Of a stretch of DNA of 64,000 nucleotides, positions 20,275 through 30,233 are shown one piece after another (the first letter of the stretch is position 1; each line of letters starts with the position of its first letter). The translations under genes were made by a program, and so were the position numbers. The notes beneath the pieces are model-generated. The model was not told the origin of the DNA. It saw only the letters and a list, made by a program, of their open reading frames with translations, and did no database searches. The DNA comes from a virus. The stretch is taken from IMG/VR virus record IMGVR_UViG_3300031576_000021, positions 24,218-88,217 of that record. One strand, 5' to 3'.

Positions 20275-21092
20275 CCAGCGCGCTCAGTCGTCGCGGCCAG
20301 ATGCCCGGCCGCGCCAGCCAAGAGCGGCTCCGCGCGGCGCCGCGTATCCGCAGCGTCGGCAGCGGCGCGCTGTCCGAGGCGTTGACCAAGGCCCTCATCC
20401 TAGAGGAGCCGGACCGGATCGCCTCGAAGCGGATGCACGCGAGCATGCTCGCGGACCTGTGCACGCGCGAGCGAGTGCTGGTGAAGCAGCACGACGTGCA
20501 TCCGACCAAGGTCTACCCGGCGTCACTGCGGGTGCGCTTCGATCTTGGGACGTTCGCCCATGACGTGGTCCGCAACAGCTATCTCGCGGACCAGCTGTGG
20601 GGCGACTGGCGCTGTCTCGCCTGTGGCTGGATGGCCGAAGGCTATCGACCCAGCGCGGAGCATGGCGATCACCGCTGTACGAGCGACGTCTGGCGGTACA
20701 TCGAACGCGAGGTCGAGCGCGATGGCGTGGTCGGGCATCTCGACGCCATGGAGCACGATCGCCTGCTCGGACCCGGCGTGACCGAGATCAAGACCATGGA
20801 GAGCGCCCGATTCCAGCACGGCGCGTTGCCGCTGAAGGAGCACACGATCGTGCTGCAAGTGTATCTCTGGCTGACCGGCTTCCGTTGGGGGCGGCTCCTC
20901 TACGTGAGCACGGGAATCGAGAAGGTCTCGCCGTTTAAGGACTACGTGTTCCGGTACGATTTGCGCACCGCGCGGCGCATCGCGCAGATCGCGGCCGAGG
21001 AGTCTGCTGGCGGGAAGCGGGCGTGTCGGACCGCAACCGACGCGCGGGCGCTTGCCTGTCCCGTACGGCGGCCATGCTGGGAGGGGTCATGA
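20268..21092 (+). CDS. Cas4/RecB-like PD-(D/E)XK exonuclease, probable Fe-S Cys set
   Basis: ASxLxxLC, GTxxH, GHLD, EIKT, QVY, C-terminal C...CPxxxxC. Confidence 0.75.
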   Translation: MLASALSRRGQMPGRASQERLRAAPRIRSVGSGALSEALTKALILEEPDRIASKRMHASMLADLCTRERVLVKQHDVHPTKVYPASLRVRFDLGTFAHDVVRNSYLADQLWGDWRCLACGWMAEGYRPSAEHGDHRCTSDVWRYIEREVERDGVVGHLDAMEHDRLLGPGVTEIKTMESARFQHGALPLKEHTIVLQVYLWLTGFRWGRLLYVSTGIEKVSPFKDYVFRYDLRTARRIAQIAAEESAGGKRACRTATDARALACPVRRPCWEGS

Positions 21093-21652
21093 GGCGAGTA
21101 GCTACCCGGGTGGCACGACCGGAACCTGGGATGGGCGTCGGGATCGACCTCTCGTTTGCGCGTAGCGCGATAGCATGGCGCCGCGATGGAAAGGTCGAAT
21201 GCCCAGTCTTCCTGACGCAGGTCAGCGACTGTGCATCGGAGCGCGAGAAAGCGGAGCGACTCTACGAGATCACGTCGTGGGTGACGCGCACGGTGCGTGA
21301 GATCAATCCGGCGTGGATCGCGCTGGAAAACTACGCCTACGCGGGCCCGAAGCTGGTGCCGCTCGCGGAGTTGGGTGGTGCGGTGAAGCACGAGTTGCTC
21401 CGTATCCTCGGCATGGCGGTGATTCCTGTGCCGGTCACGACGGCGCGTCTGCTCGTCTTCGGCAAAGGGAACCTGAAGAAACCGGACGTCGTAAGGCTGG
21501 CACGCGATGCCGAGCCACGACTGCGCCAGGGTGGCGACGACGAGTGCGACGCCTGGGTGGTGCTCCGCGCCGTTGAGCGTGCCTACGAAATCACCACGGC
21601 ACAGGAGCCCGAGAAGCGGCTGTACGCAAGCGCCGTACGGCTCCTTGGATGA
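21089..21652 (+). CDS. ruvC: RuvC-like Holliday junction resolvase
   Basis: GIDLS, ALENY, ELGG, GKGNxKK, DDECDA. Confidence 0.8.
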   Translation: MRRVATRVARPEPGMGVGIDLSFARSAIAWRRDGKVECPVFLTQVSDCASEREKAERLYEITSWVTRTVREINPAWIALENYAYAGPKLVPLAELGGAVKHELLRILGMAVIPVPVTTARLLVFGKGNLKKPDVVRLARDAEPRLRQGGDDECDAWVVLRAVERAYEITTAQEPEKRLYASAVRLLG

Positions 21653-21930
21653 GGGGACGGATCAACGTGCTCGTGCTAAGCGGTACGGTTGGCGACGGAC
21701 CTTTTCAAAGCGAGATCCCCGACGAGACCGTGTTCCGCATGGATCAGGCCACCGACGCGCCCGCCGACCCGATCTTGAGCCTCTCAATCGTTGGGCGTGG
21801 TCCCCAAGCCGCGTACGCGCAGGAGCGGCTCAAGCGTGGCTCGCAGGTCGTGGTGCAGGGGCAGTTGATTCCATGGTATGGCGGGACGGTCGCGGTCGTA
21901 GCAGAGCGCATCAAGCTCGTAACCGGCTGA
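21649..21930 (+). CDS. Short SSB-like OB-fold protein
   Basis: INVLVLSGTV...LKRGSQVVVQGQL...VVAERI. Confidence 0.65.
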   Translation: MRGRINVLVLSGTVGDGPFQSEIPDETVFRMDQATDAPADPILSLSIVGRGPQAAYAQERLKRGSQVVVQGQLIPWYGGTVAVVAERIKLVTG

Positions 21931-21950
21931 CAAGCCGATAGGGGGGTGGC

Positions 21951-22700
21951 ATGGGCTCAGACATCGGGACGCGGTTCGGCAAGCAGATTCAGCTGGCGCT
22001 GGAGTTCTGCTCGGGGGAGAAGACGCCGAAGACGGCACGCGCCGAGATCGTCAGGCTGGTGCAAGGGCTGCGGGATGCCGGAGAGTGCTCGCGCTACTTG
22101 CAAGGCGGGATCTTCGGGCGGGTCCGCGACGGCAAGTTGTGGCTCGGCCGGGACAACGAAGATCAGACATTCGGCGAGTGGGTCGAGGAGCAGTTCGGCA
22201 TCCAGCGCAAGACGGCGGCACATTACATCGTGATGTACGAGCGTGCTACGCTGCTCGGGCTGGGACCCGACAAGATCGACACGCTGGGATGGACGAAGGC
22301 CCGCGCCGTCCTGCGCATCGCCACTCGCGAGAGCCTGGATGCGTGGCTGGACCGTGCCGAGAAGAAGACACAGAAAGAGCTGGAGCACGAGGTGTCCGAC
22401 GCGCGAAAGTCTCGGCGCGCGACCCCATCAGATGACGCGCCCGCACGGCTCGATGTGCTGAAGTTCATGGTCACGGCCGATGAGCGTCAGAATATCGAAG
22501 GATGCGTCGAGACGGCGTGCGACACGCTGCGGGCCGGACAATCTGGTATCGTCTTCGCTCGTGGCACAGCGCTGAACGCGATTTGCAGCGAATGGACATT
22601 GAGTCGCATGGACGCGGAGCGAAGTCTCCAGTGGTTCGTCGAGCAAGTCGAGCGACGGTTCGGGGTCGAGATCACGGTGCGTGAGCGGAAGACGGGGTGA
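21951..22700 (+). CDS. Phage hypothetical protein with probable HTH
   Basis: TFGEWVEEQFGIQRKTAAHYI, LGWTKA. Confidence 0.65.
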   Translation: MGSDIGTRFGKQIQLALEFCSGEKTPKTARAEIVRLVQGLRDAGECSRYLQGGIFGRVRDGKLWLGRDNEDQTFGEWVEEQFGIQRKTAAHYIVMYERATLLGLGPDKIDTLGWTKARAVLRIATRESLDAWLDRAEKKTQKELEHEVSDARKSRRATPSDDAPARLDVLKFMVTADERQNIEGCVETACDTLRAGQSGIVFARGTALNAICSEWTLSRMDAERSLQWFVEQVERRFGVEITVRERKTG

Positions 22701-22703
22701 TGC

Positions 22704-23189
22704 ATGCCGGTAGGCGACTGGAAGATTGATGTGGAGCTAGTGCTCGACCGACTGACGATCGAGCGCATCCGGACGCATCGGCAGACGGCCGTGATCGTCG
22801 ACGAGAGTGTCGAGATCGCGGCCGAGACGTACGTGCGATTCATCGAATCACGCGACATGGATGCGGCCACTATCGAGTGCGCCGTGGCCTATGTGCAGCC
22901 GATCCCTGGCGTCGGCAAGATGGCGTGCGTCGCGACGAAGCATCACAAGATCCTCATGCCGTGGGAGTGCCAGTTCCTGTACGTGATCTGGGGGGCCCCG
23001 GGCCAGGCGGACCCGAGCCAGATCAACGGCTCGCACGAGCCGACCGTCGGGCAGCTTGCCGCACTCGCGTTTGGCCTTGAAGCCAAAGCGCGGTTTGAGC
23101 GGACGCACGATCTCGCCAAGGCCCTGCAACAGGGCCAGCACGTCGTCGGCGCGACACGTGTCCCGCCTGGGAACGGCCGGAGGCAGTGA
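22704..23189 (+). CDS. Hypothetical protein
   Basis: 161 aa ORF in operon. Confidence 0.6.
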   Translation: MPVGDWKIDVELVLDRLTIERIRTHRQTAVIVDESVEIAAETYVRFIESRDMDAATIECAVAYVQPIPGVGKMACVATKHHKILMPWECQFLYVIWGAPGQADPSQINGSHEPTVGQLAALAFGLEAKARFERTHDLAKALQQGQHVVGATRVPPGNGRRQ

Positions 23190-23349
23190 CGATGATCACG
23201 CCGCCGCCCGTGCGTCGGATTCGCCCCAGGCCGATGGCACGTCTGGTGGCCAGAGAGGAGCCAATAAGCAGGCTTCAGCCCGATCGGTCTTCGACATGCC
23301 GTGCGATATCAACGCGGCAGCTACGCAAGGTGATGGAGATTCCGCGGCA

Positions 23350-24588
23350 ATGACGACGACATGGCAGAGTCGAATTGTCGAGCACGGCGAGGTCGATCCG
23401 CGTCTGCTCATTCCGCATCCGAAGAACTGGAAGATTCACCCAGCGTTCCAGCGGGCGGTCATGGGCGATGCGCTTAGTGAAGTAGGGTGGTTGCAAACGG
23501 TTGTGGTGAATCGCCCGACGGGAAACATCATCGATGGGCACATGCGCGTGCAGCTCGCGATCGAAGGTGGAGAGCCAACAATCCCTGTCACCTACGTGGA
23601 CCTGTCCGCACATGACGAAGCCAAGGCCCTGGCGCTCTTCGATCCAGTCGGCGCGCTCGCTCGCGAACACAACCCGATCATGGAGGAACTGATCAGGCAG
23701 GTGGATACGGATAGCATCAACATTCGGCGGATGCTCGATGCGTATGGACAACCAGCCCTGAAGGCGGGACAGACAGACCCCGATGATGTCCCAACGGCCA
23801 CCCGGCGCATCGTGCAGCCCGGGGACGTGTGGCAACTTGGCGAGCACCTCCTCTTGTGTGGGTCGTGTGAACAGTTGGGCTCCGTCGTCCCACCCGAGAC
23901 TGCCACGCTTCTCGTGACCGATCCTCCCTATGGCGTGTCATATGGCGACAAGAATGCGTTCTTGAATGCGATTGCCCCGGGCAATCGCATTCAAGAGCCC
24001 ATCGAAGGAGACCATCAGACACCTGATGAGATGAGTGTGCTCTGGCGTGCCACGTTCGGCGCCATTCGCTGTCTGCTGGCACCTGGGGCGGCCTATTATG
24101 TCACGGGTCCGCAGGGCGGCGATCTCCTCCTCCTCCTCCTCCTCCTCCTCCTCCTCGCACTTCGCGACTCCGGCTTTCCGCTGCGGCATATGCTGGTGTG
24201 GGTCAAGAACGGGCATGTCTTGGGTCGTAGCGACTACCACTACCAGCATGAGCCGATTCTCTACGGATGGGTCGACGGAGGGGCGCATCACGCAGTCGCG
24301 GATCGTTCAGAGACGTCCACATGGTTCATTCCCAAACCGCAGGTCTCCGAGCTTCACCCGACGATGAAGCCCGTGGCCTTGTGGGCACGGGCCATCCAGA
24401 ATAGCAGCGATGAGGGTGGGACGATCGTTGATCCGTTTCTCGGGAGCGGCACGGCCTTCATTGCGGCTGAGCAAACTCACCGACGATGTGTCGGTGCCGA
24501 GATCAGTCCGGTGTACTGCGATGTGAGCATTCAGCGCTGGCAGTCATTCACCGGCCAGGTGGCGACGAGGGTAGCCCATGGCGGATGA
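23350..24588 (+). CDS. ParB-N domain plus N6A/N4C DNA methyltransferase (beta class)
   Basis: IIDGHMR ParB motif; TDPPY, HPTMKP, DPFLGSGT. Confidence 0.9.
   Translation: MTTTWQSRIVEHGEVDPRLLIPHPKNWKIHPAFQRAVMGDALSEVGWLQTVVVNRPTGNIIDGHMRVQLAIEGGEPTIPVTYVDLSAHDEAKALALFDPVGALAREHNPIMEELIRQVDTDSINIRRMLDAYGQPALKAGQTDPDDVPTATRRIVQPGDVWQLGEHLLLCGSCEQLGSVVPPETATLLVTDPPYGVSYGDKNAFLNAIAPGNRIQEPIEGDHQTPDEMSVLWRATFGAIRCLLAPGAAYYVTGPQGGDLLLLLLLLLLLALRDSGFPLRHMLVWVKNGHVLGRSDYHYQHEPILYGWVDGGAHHAVADRSETSTWFIPKPQVSELHPTMKPVALWARAIQNSSDEGGTIVDPFLGSGTAFIAAEQTHRRCVGAEISPVYCDVSIQRWQSFTGQVATRVAHGG
24124..24156 (+). repeat. Perfect (CTC)11 microsatellite encoding poly-Leu
   Basis: Counted directly in the sequence. 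Confidence 0.95.
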
Positions 24589-25159
24589 TGCAGTCCGTGC
24601 AATCCCCCGCATCCTGCCGCTCGACTGGGACCCGCAGCGTCGACCAGAGGGTGGCGGACGGCCCCCGCGTCTGACAGAGGGGGTAGCGCAGGCCCTCTAC
24701 AAAGGGCTTGTCTTCGGCTTGCCGCATCCCATTGCCGCAAGTCAGGCGCACATCCATCCCGACACATTCCAGACCTGGCTGCGACGTGGGCGAATCGAGC
24801 AGGCTGATCCCACAAGCGCCTATGGCTGTTTCTATCTCGCAATGCAGCAAGCGAAGCGCGAGTGCGAAGCGGAACTCATCGGACGTATTCGCGTGGCCGG
24901 CATCCGGCATTGGACGGCGAACGCCTGGCTATTGGAGCGGAAATGGCCGGAGCGCTGGGGCCGGCACTTCCGTGTCGAGGCGGATCGTGGGGGCATCACC
25001 GTGGGGCAGGTCGCTCCGCTGGGCGAGCAAGTGCGAGCGTTGCGCAAGGAGCGCGGGCAGTTCCTTTCGGTCGTCGAGCGGGCGATGGCGTTGCTGACGG
25101 ACCAGCGGGCGGACGTGACGGCAGAAGGGGAGTTGACACAAGAGACGGTAACGGGGTAA
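24578..25159 (+). CDS. Terminase small subunit-like HTH protein
   Basis: RPPRLT...IHPDTFQTWL...WTANAWLLERKWPERWGR; follows ParB-MTase as is common for TerS. Confidence 0.6.
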   Translation: MADDAVRAIPRILPLDWDPQRRPEGGGRPPRLTEGVAQALYKGLVFGLPHPIAASQAHIHPDTFQTWLRRGRIEQADPTSAYGCFYLAMQQAKRECEAELIGRIRVAGIRHWTANAWLLERKWPERWGRHFRVEADRGGITVGQVAPLGEQVRALRKERGQFLSVVERAMALLTDQRADVTAEGELTQETVTG

Positions 25160-25162
25160 AGT
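25133..25162 (+). promoter_or_regulatory. Promoter TTGACA(CAA)-18-TAAAGT
   Basis: Motif copy upstream of 25180. Confidence 0.6.
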
Positions 25163-25179
25163 ATGGCCCTGGGGGCGTG

Positions 25180-25494
25180 ATGGCGAGTCGATGTCAGTAT
25201 TGCCGCGGCGAGATCATCTTCGCGCGGACGAAAGCAGGGAAGGCGCTACCGATCGACCTCCATCCGTTGCCACGCGAAGCCGTCCCGCCCGCATACCGTT
25301 GGCAGATCGAGGTCCGCGGGCATGTGCGACGCGATCCCACCGGCACGCGGCCGACGGTCCTCGTGTCGCACTTCACGGTGTGTCCCGTGCGCCTGAAGCC
25401 GGAGACGCTGGCGCGTCTGTTGAGTGGCCGATGCTTGCCGAGCGGGCGAAGCGCCACGGAGGGACGGCATGGCACTGAGAACGCCCGAGCGTGA
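25180..25494 (+). CDS. Small Zn-finger protein (CxxC...HFxxCP)
   Basis: CQYCRGEIIF...SHFTVCP; paralogous to 28332..28721. Confidence 0.7.
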   Translation: MASRCQYCRGEIIFARTKAGKALPIDLHPLPREAVPPAYRWQIEVRGHVRRDPTGTRPTVLVSHFTVCPVRLKPETLARLLSGRCLPSGRSATEGRHGTENARA

Positions 25495-25701
25495 ATCGTC
25501 TGGAAGCGCGGCACTTACGAAGCGACGACGGGGCTCGATGGACTGGTGCGTCGTCGAAGGCTCCACGATGCACTGCTGCCGCTGTGGCGCACGCAAGGAC
25601 CTGAGCGACTACAACGGGAAAGAGATGCACGTCTTCCTGCTGTTCCTGAAGGCGCACGAGGAGGAGCATCGGCGCTGCCGGCCCAGAGAGGCGGGTGCGG
25701 C

Positions 25702-26628
25702 ATGACACGTGGGCAGCAAATCGTTGCGGGCTTCCGCGACTACTCGGACCCCGAGTTGCAGATACAACTCGCGCAGAAGATCGACGAGGCGCTCGCCGTC
25801 ACGGCCGTGTCGGTGAGTCACTACTGCTACCTGCCCCACTGCGGCTACATCTGCCCCAAGCATCGCGTGGTGCGCCAGTACGAGACCGTGCCGACCCCGC
25901 TCTCTGCGCTGCACCTCCCGACATGCAACGTCAACGGCTGCGGCGAGGTCCTGCTGTCGCTGTGTGCGTGTGACGACAAGGAGAATCGCGCCGAGATTGA
26001 TCGCCTTGGGGCTGCCAGCCGCGAGGCCACTATACGCGCCGACCGTCTGGCCGAGCTGCTCTATCTCGAATCCAATGAGCGCGTGCTGGTGATGAAACGC
26101 CTACAGAATGCGGAAGCGGCGGCCCGGTGCTATCCGGGAGGCCCGGACGAGGTAGCGGATACGATCGACTCCCGCCGCGCCAAGCTCCCCGCGGGCCATT
26201 TGCCGTGCGGAGGGTGCGGCGGTCCGCACCGTTTTGATACGACGGTGCCGAGCGCAGCATGGAACGCCGTCATTCGGGCGGCCGGGCTCTCGGACTTCCT
26301 CTGCACAACCTGCATCGTCGAGCATTTCGTCACCGCCGGCATCAGCTTCACCGCCCAGCTATGGAGTACCGAGCCGGACTTCTACGGCGTGCCGATCGAA
26401 GTGCGTGTGCGCGGGGAAGTGGCGCAGACGGCAGCGTTGGTGTCAGAAGAGAATACTGCACTGCGGTACGAGCGGAGCCAGCTTGTCGAGGAGCGCGACC
26501 GTCTGCGCTTCGCGGTGATTCAGACGCTAGGCGACGCACATCAGCTTGGGGAAGTATCGGATCGCTCCATCAAGTACTGCTCGGACGCCATCGCGAAGAA
26601 GCCGGCCGAGCCGACGGGAGGCGCATGA
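25702..26628 (+). CDS. Cys-rich / coiled-coil hypothetical protein
   Basis: Coupled ATGA junctions; CxxC pairs, FLCTTC. Confidence 0.55.
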   Translation: MTRGQQIVAGFRDYSDPELQIQLAQKIDEALAVTAVSVSHYCYLPHCGYICPKHRVVRQYETVPTPLSALHLPTCNVNGCGEVLLSLCACDDKENRAEIDRLGAASREATIRADRLAELLYLESNERVLVMKRLQNAEAAARCYPGGPDEVADTIDSRRAKLPAGHLPCGGCGGPHRFDTTVPSAAWNAVIRAAGLSDFLCTTCIVEHFVTAGISFTAQLWSTEPDFYGVPIEVRVRGEVAQTAALVSEENTALRYERSQLVEERDRLRFAVIQTLGDAHQLGEVSDRSIKYCSDAIAKKPAEPTGGA

Positions 26629-28304
26629 TCCACCTCGGCGCCGGGTTCCCGATCAATCTCGATCGCCTCATCAGCACGCGGCTCCTCGTCCAAGCGTCGA
26701 GTGGCGGCGGTAAGTCGTGGTGCCTCCGGCGCATCCTTGAGCAGACCCATGGGCATGTGCAGCAACTCGTGATCGATCCCGAGGGTGAGTTCGCGTCGCT
26801 CCGTGAGCGCTTCGACTATGTGCTGGCGTCCCCGAAGGGCGGCGACACGGCAGCGGACCCACGGACGGCCGCGTTGTTGGCCGAGCGGCTCCTTGAGCTG
26901 CGCGTCTCGGCGATCCTCGATCTCTACGACATGATGCCACGGGATCGCCCGGTCTTCGTACAGCGGTTCCTCGTGGCCATCATCGAAGCCGACCGGAAGC
27001 TCTGGCACCCGGCACTCATCCTCCTCGACGAAGCACATGTGTTCGCGCCCGAGAAGGGTGACGCGGTGAGCGCCGACGCCGTCGCCGCGCTCATGTCCCG
27101 TGGGCGCAAGCGCGGATTCTGCGGCGGGCTCGCCACCCAACGGCTCTCGTCGCTCTCGAAGGACGCCGCCGCGCAGTGCCAGAACGTGCTGATCGGCCGT
27201 ACGACACTGGACACGGACATGAAGCGCGCGGCCTATTCCCTCGGCTTCACGGGCAAGCACAATGCGCAGCAGCTTCGTGACCTGGACGACGGGGAGTTCT
27301 TCGCCTACGGGCCCGCGCTCTCGCGCGCTGTGACGAAGGTGCGGGTAGGGCCCGTGCTGACGACGCACCCGAAGGCAGGCGGGAAGCAGGCGTTCAAGCC
27401 GCCGCCGCCGACCGCGCAAGTCAAGGCGCTCCTCCCCCAGCTCGCCGACCTCCCCGCCGAGGCCGAGGCCCGCGAGAAATCGGTAGCCGATCTGAAGGCC
27501 GAGCTAGCGCAGGCACGGCGGGAGATAGCCGCGGCCAAGCGGGCGCAGCCGACGCAACCCGTAGCGAAGGCCGAGCGGGTCGAGGTGCCCGTGGTGCTGC
27601 CTGCCGCCGTGAAGGCGCTCACGGCGGCCTGCGCCCAGCTCGAACGTGCCGCTGCGAAGCTCGCGCAGCACGGCGAAACCATACGTGAGGATGGGCAGCG
27701 GGCGATGAGCGAAGGGAGCGCGATTCGCGTGGCTTTGATGAAAGCCACCCCGGCGCCGTCCCGCGCAGGTACGCCGCCGCCAGCTGTGCGAGTGGTGCCC
27801 CCTGCGCGACAACATGCCGTATCGCCCGGCAACGGAGACGCGCGCCTCGGTGGCGGCGAGCGTATCGTCCTCGTGGCTGTTGCGCAGTACACGCCCTCCA
27901 ATGGAGGCGCCACCCGTGAGCAGGTGAGCGTCCTCACCGGCTACAAGCGATCGACGCGGGACGCCTATCTGAAACGGCTCGGTACTCGTGGCTTCGTCGA
28001 GGTCGGCATCGATCGGGTGCTCGCCACCGACTCCGGGTTTGCCGTGCTCGGCAACGACTACACGCCACTCCCGATCGGCAATGCCCTGCGCGCCTACTGG
28101 CTGGCCCGGCTGCCCGAAGGCGAGCGGCGGTGCCTCGAAGCGCTGCCAGACCACCCGGTGGCCATTGAGCGCGAGGCCGTCGGCGACGTGACCGGGTACA
28201 AGCGCAGTACGCGCGATGCGTACCTCGGCCGGCTCGCGGCACGGCGACTCGTGGAGCCGGTTGGGCGCGGGCAGGTACGCGCCTGCGCGGAGCTGTTCGG
28301 ATGA
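26625..28304 (+). CDS. HerA/FtsK-superfamily ATPase (DUF87-like) with two C-terminal winged-helix repeats
   Basis: ASSGGGKS, IDPEGEF, LLDEAH, RGRKRG...ATQR; TGYKRSTRDAYL twice. Confidence 0.85.
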   Translation: MIHLGAGFPINLDRLISTRLLVQASSGGGKSWCLRRILEQTHGHVQQLVIDPEGEFASLRERFDYVLASPKGGDTAADPRTAALLAERLLELRVSAILDLYDMMPRDRPVFVQRFLVAIIEADRKLWHPALILLDEAHVFAPEKGDAVSADAVAALMSRGRKRGFCGGLATQRLSSLSKDAAAQCQNVLIGRTTLDTDMKRAAYSLGFTGKHNAQQLRDLDDGEFFAYGPALSRAVTKVRVGPVLTTHPKAGGKQAFKPPPPTAQVKALLPQLADLPAEAEAREKSVADLKAELAQARREIAAAKRAQPTQPVAKAERVEVPVVLPAAVKALTAACAQLERAAAKLAQHGETIREDGQRAMSEGSAIRVALMKATPAPSRAGTPPPAVRVVPPARQHAVSPGNGDARLGGGERIVLVAVAQYTPSNGGATREQVSVLTGYKRSTRDAYLKRLGTRGFVEVGIDRVLATDSGFAVLGNDYTPLPIGNALRAYWLARLPEGERRCLEALPDHPVAIEREAVGDVTGYKRSTRDAYLGRLAARRLVEPVGRGQVRACAELFG

Positions 28305-28331
28305 GCGTGGGGTGGAGCATCCGCGGCGTCC

Positions 28332-28721
28332 GTGGTAGAGCGACCAGTGGAGGGGATGCGGATGGCGGATGGACGGGAGGGCGCAAGCAATGACCGGGTA
28401 CGGGGTCCATGTCGCTACTGCCCGGCACAAATCATCTGGGGGTTCCACAAGCCGACGCGGCGGATGCTACTGTTCGACCAGGAACTGTTCTGGCGCCGCG
28501 AGGTGCAGCCACGACGGCGGTGGTACCTCCTGCCCGATGCGCGTGGCTTCCGGGCGTACCTGGAGCACGAGGTGCCGGCCGGGAGCGACGTCAACCTCGA
28601 TCGGGTCTATGTCGTCCACTTCGCGACCTGTCCCGGCCGCCGGCAGCAAAGCACTGAGCACCTGGAAGATGCCGTGCTGGCCCGCTACGAGGAGTATCGT
28701 CGGATGATGGTGACTCCATGA
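28332..28721 (+). CDS. Small Zn-finger protein (CxxC...HFATCP)
   Basis: CRYCPAQIIW...VHFATCP; start uncertain. Confidence 0.7.
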   Translation: MVERPVEGMRMADGREGASNDRVRGPCRYCPAQIIWGFHKPTRRMLLFDQELFWRREVQPRRRWYLLPDARGFRAYLEHEVPAGSDVNLDRVYVVHFATCPGRRQQSTEHLEDAVLARYEEYRRMMVTP

Positions 28722-29192
28722 GCGTGATCCTGTGCGTGGCGGTAGTGACGGCTGCGGCCGTGTGGTGGGCAGCGCGATGATCCTGGCTAAGCGCGAGACC
28801 ACGATGGGCATGGGCGTCACATGCGGACTCAAGTCGGTTGGCGAGGGGCGCGTCTATGACGTCGCGCCATTGGTATCTGGTATTCAGCACGCCGCGCGGC
28901 ATCCTGCGGTACGCTGGGTCGATCACGCAGGCGAACCGAGCCGTGCTCGAGCGTAAGCGCAGCCTCACGCTCCACGTCTGGTGCTGTCCTAATTCGGCGT
29001 GAAGTGTCCTAGTATGCGCGCCCATCGGCATGGACCCGATGGGCGACATCTCGGCGGAGCTGCTGACGGCCGACCAGATTGAGCCGGCGGGACTATCGGC
29101 AGACTTTCACGGGGTCTTTAGACGCCTCTCCTTATCACGCCATTCCGGGAAGCCAGGGGTGCTGTCCTACTTAGGACACTCCCGCATCGAAA

Positions 29193-30158
29193 TTAGGACA
29201 GTCCCCCCTTGATGACCCGCAAGTGGTTCGGGCGCGGTCCTCGCGGCCCGCGGAAGCTCCCCCGCCGCTCGCCCTTCGCCTGCGCGGCGGTGGACCCTGC
29301 CGGGATCGGCGCGGGCGCAGTCGGCTCCGGTGCCTCGAACGCGGCGTGCAGTAGCTCGGCGATCGACCACACGTGATCCGTCAGGCCCGCCTCCATGGCG
29401 GGAGTACACCGCAGCGTCTCGTGGACGCGGCAGAAGTTGAAGTGGGCGACGAACAGCCCCACGGCTGCTTCCAGGTTCCGCAGCCGCTTCGAATGCGAGA
29501 TGGTCAACCGGGCGAAGCGCTTGAGCGACACGCGCACCGACAGATTCAGCCGCTCGCTGTAGGACGTGCTGATTTCCCCCCAGGCCGGATCGCCCAACAC
29601 GGCAGTCTTGGTCACGCGACTGATCTTGCCGGGCGAGTAGCGCAACGCGGCCTGCTGCGCCTGGGGCACCGTGTAGTCCTTGTCCACGGTGCCGAAATCC
29701 ACGTCGGCGCCGAAGTGCCGCGAGATGGCCTCGGGGTAGCCGTTCCATGCGTCGGTGCTGATCTGCGGACGGCCCAGCACCCGCAACCGGAGGTCCTGCG
29801 CGAACGCGTCGGCGTTGTCGCCCGTGCGCTTCCCGACCCGGTACGAGAGAATGAGCTTGGACACCGCGTCCATGGCGAGAAAGACGTACTGGTCGCCGTA
29901 CTCCCTCGGGTCGTCCTGCCGAAGCCGGCGCTGCTTCTTCTGCACGAACGTCCATAGCTCGTCGGCCTGGATGAGCGTCGCGCGCACGTCCCGCACGCGG
30001 GCATCGTGCAGCCGGGCGCACGCTTCGCCCACCGTGACGCCCAGCCGCATGATCGTGTCCCGGTGGACATCGAGCAGCCGCTCGGCCGCCCGAATGCTCA
30101 CGCCGTCCACGAGGGCTGCGGCGACTTGGGCTTTCTTCTCAAATGGCAGCGTGTGCAT
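29193..30158 (-). CDS. IS1-family DDE transposase with N-terminal HTH
   Basis: GVSIRAAERLLDVHRDTIMR; QADELWTFV, ISTDAW, STSYSERLNL, FNFCRVH, TPAM. Confidence 0.9.
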   Translation of the reverse strand: MHTLPFEKKAQVAAALVDGVSIRAAERLLDVHRDTIMRLGVTVGEACARLHDARVRDVRATLIQADELWTFVQKKQRRLRQDDPREYGDQYVFLAMDAVSKLILSYRVGKRTGDNADAFAQDLRLRVLGRPQISTDAWNGYPEAISRHFGADVDFGTVDKDYTVPQAQQAALRYSPGKISRVTKTAVLGDPAWGEISTSYSERLNLSVRVSLKRFARLTISHSKRLRNLEAAVGLFVAHFNFCRVHETLRCTPAMEAGLTDHVWSIAELLHAAFEAPEPTAPAPIPAGSTAAQAKGERRGSFRGPRGPRPNHLRVIKGGLS

Positions 30159-30163
30159 GGGGA

Positions 30164-30229
30164 CATTTGTAGCTACAAACGCGCCACAAGTCAAGGGGTG
30201 GACTTCACGCCCATTTGTCGCTACAAACG
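30164..30229. promoter_or_regulatory. Divergent leaderless promoters with two palindromic operators TTTGT(A/C)GCTACAAA
   Basis: Palindromes at 30166-30179 and 30214-30227 each overlap a TACAAA -10; minus TTGACT-17-TACAAA-7-ATG (transposase), plus TGGACT-17-TACAAA-6-ATG (RHH). Confidence 0.75.
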
Positions 30230-30233
30230 GTTC

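Noticed and set aside
20268-21092. Cas4-like gene as a CRISPR-Cas component
   Set aside because: No array or other cas genes; it sits in a phage recombination operon
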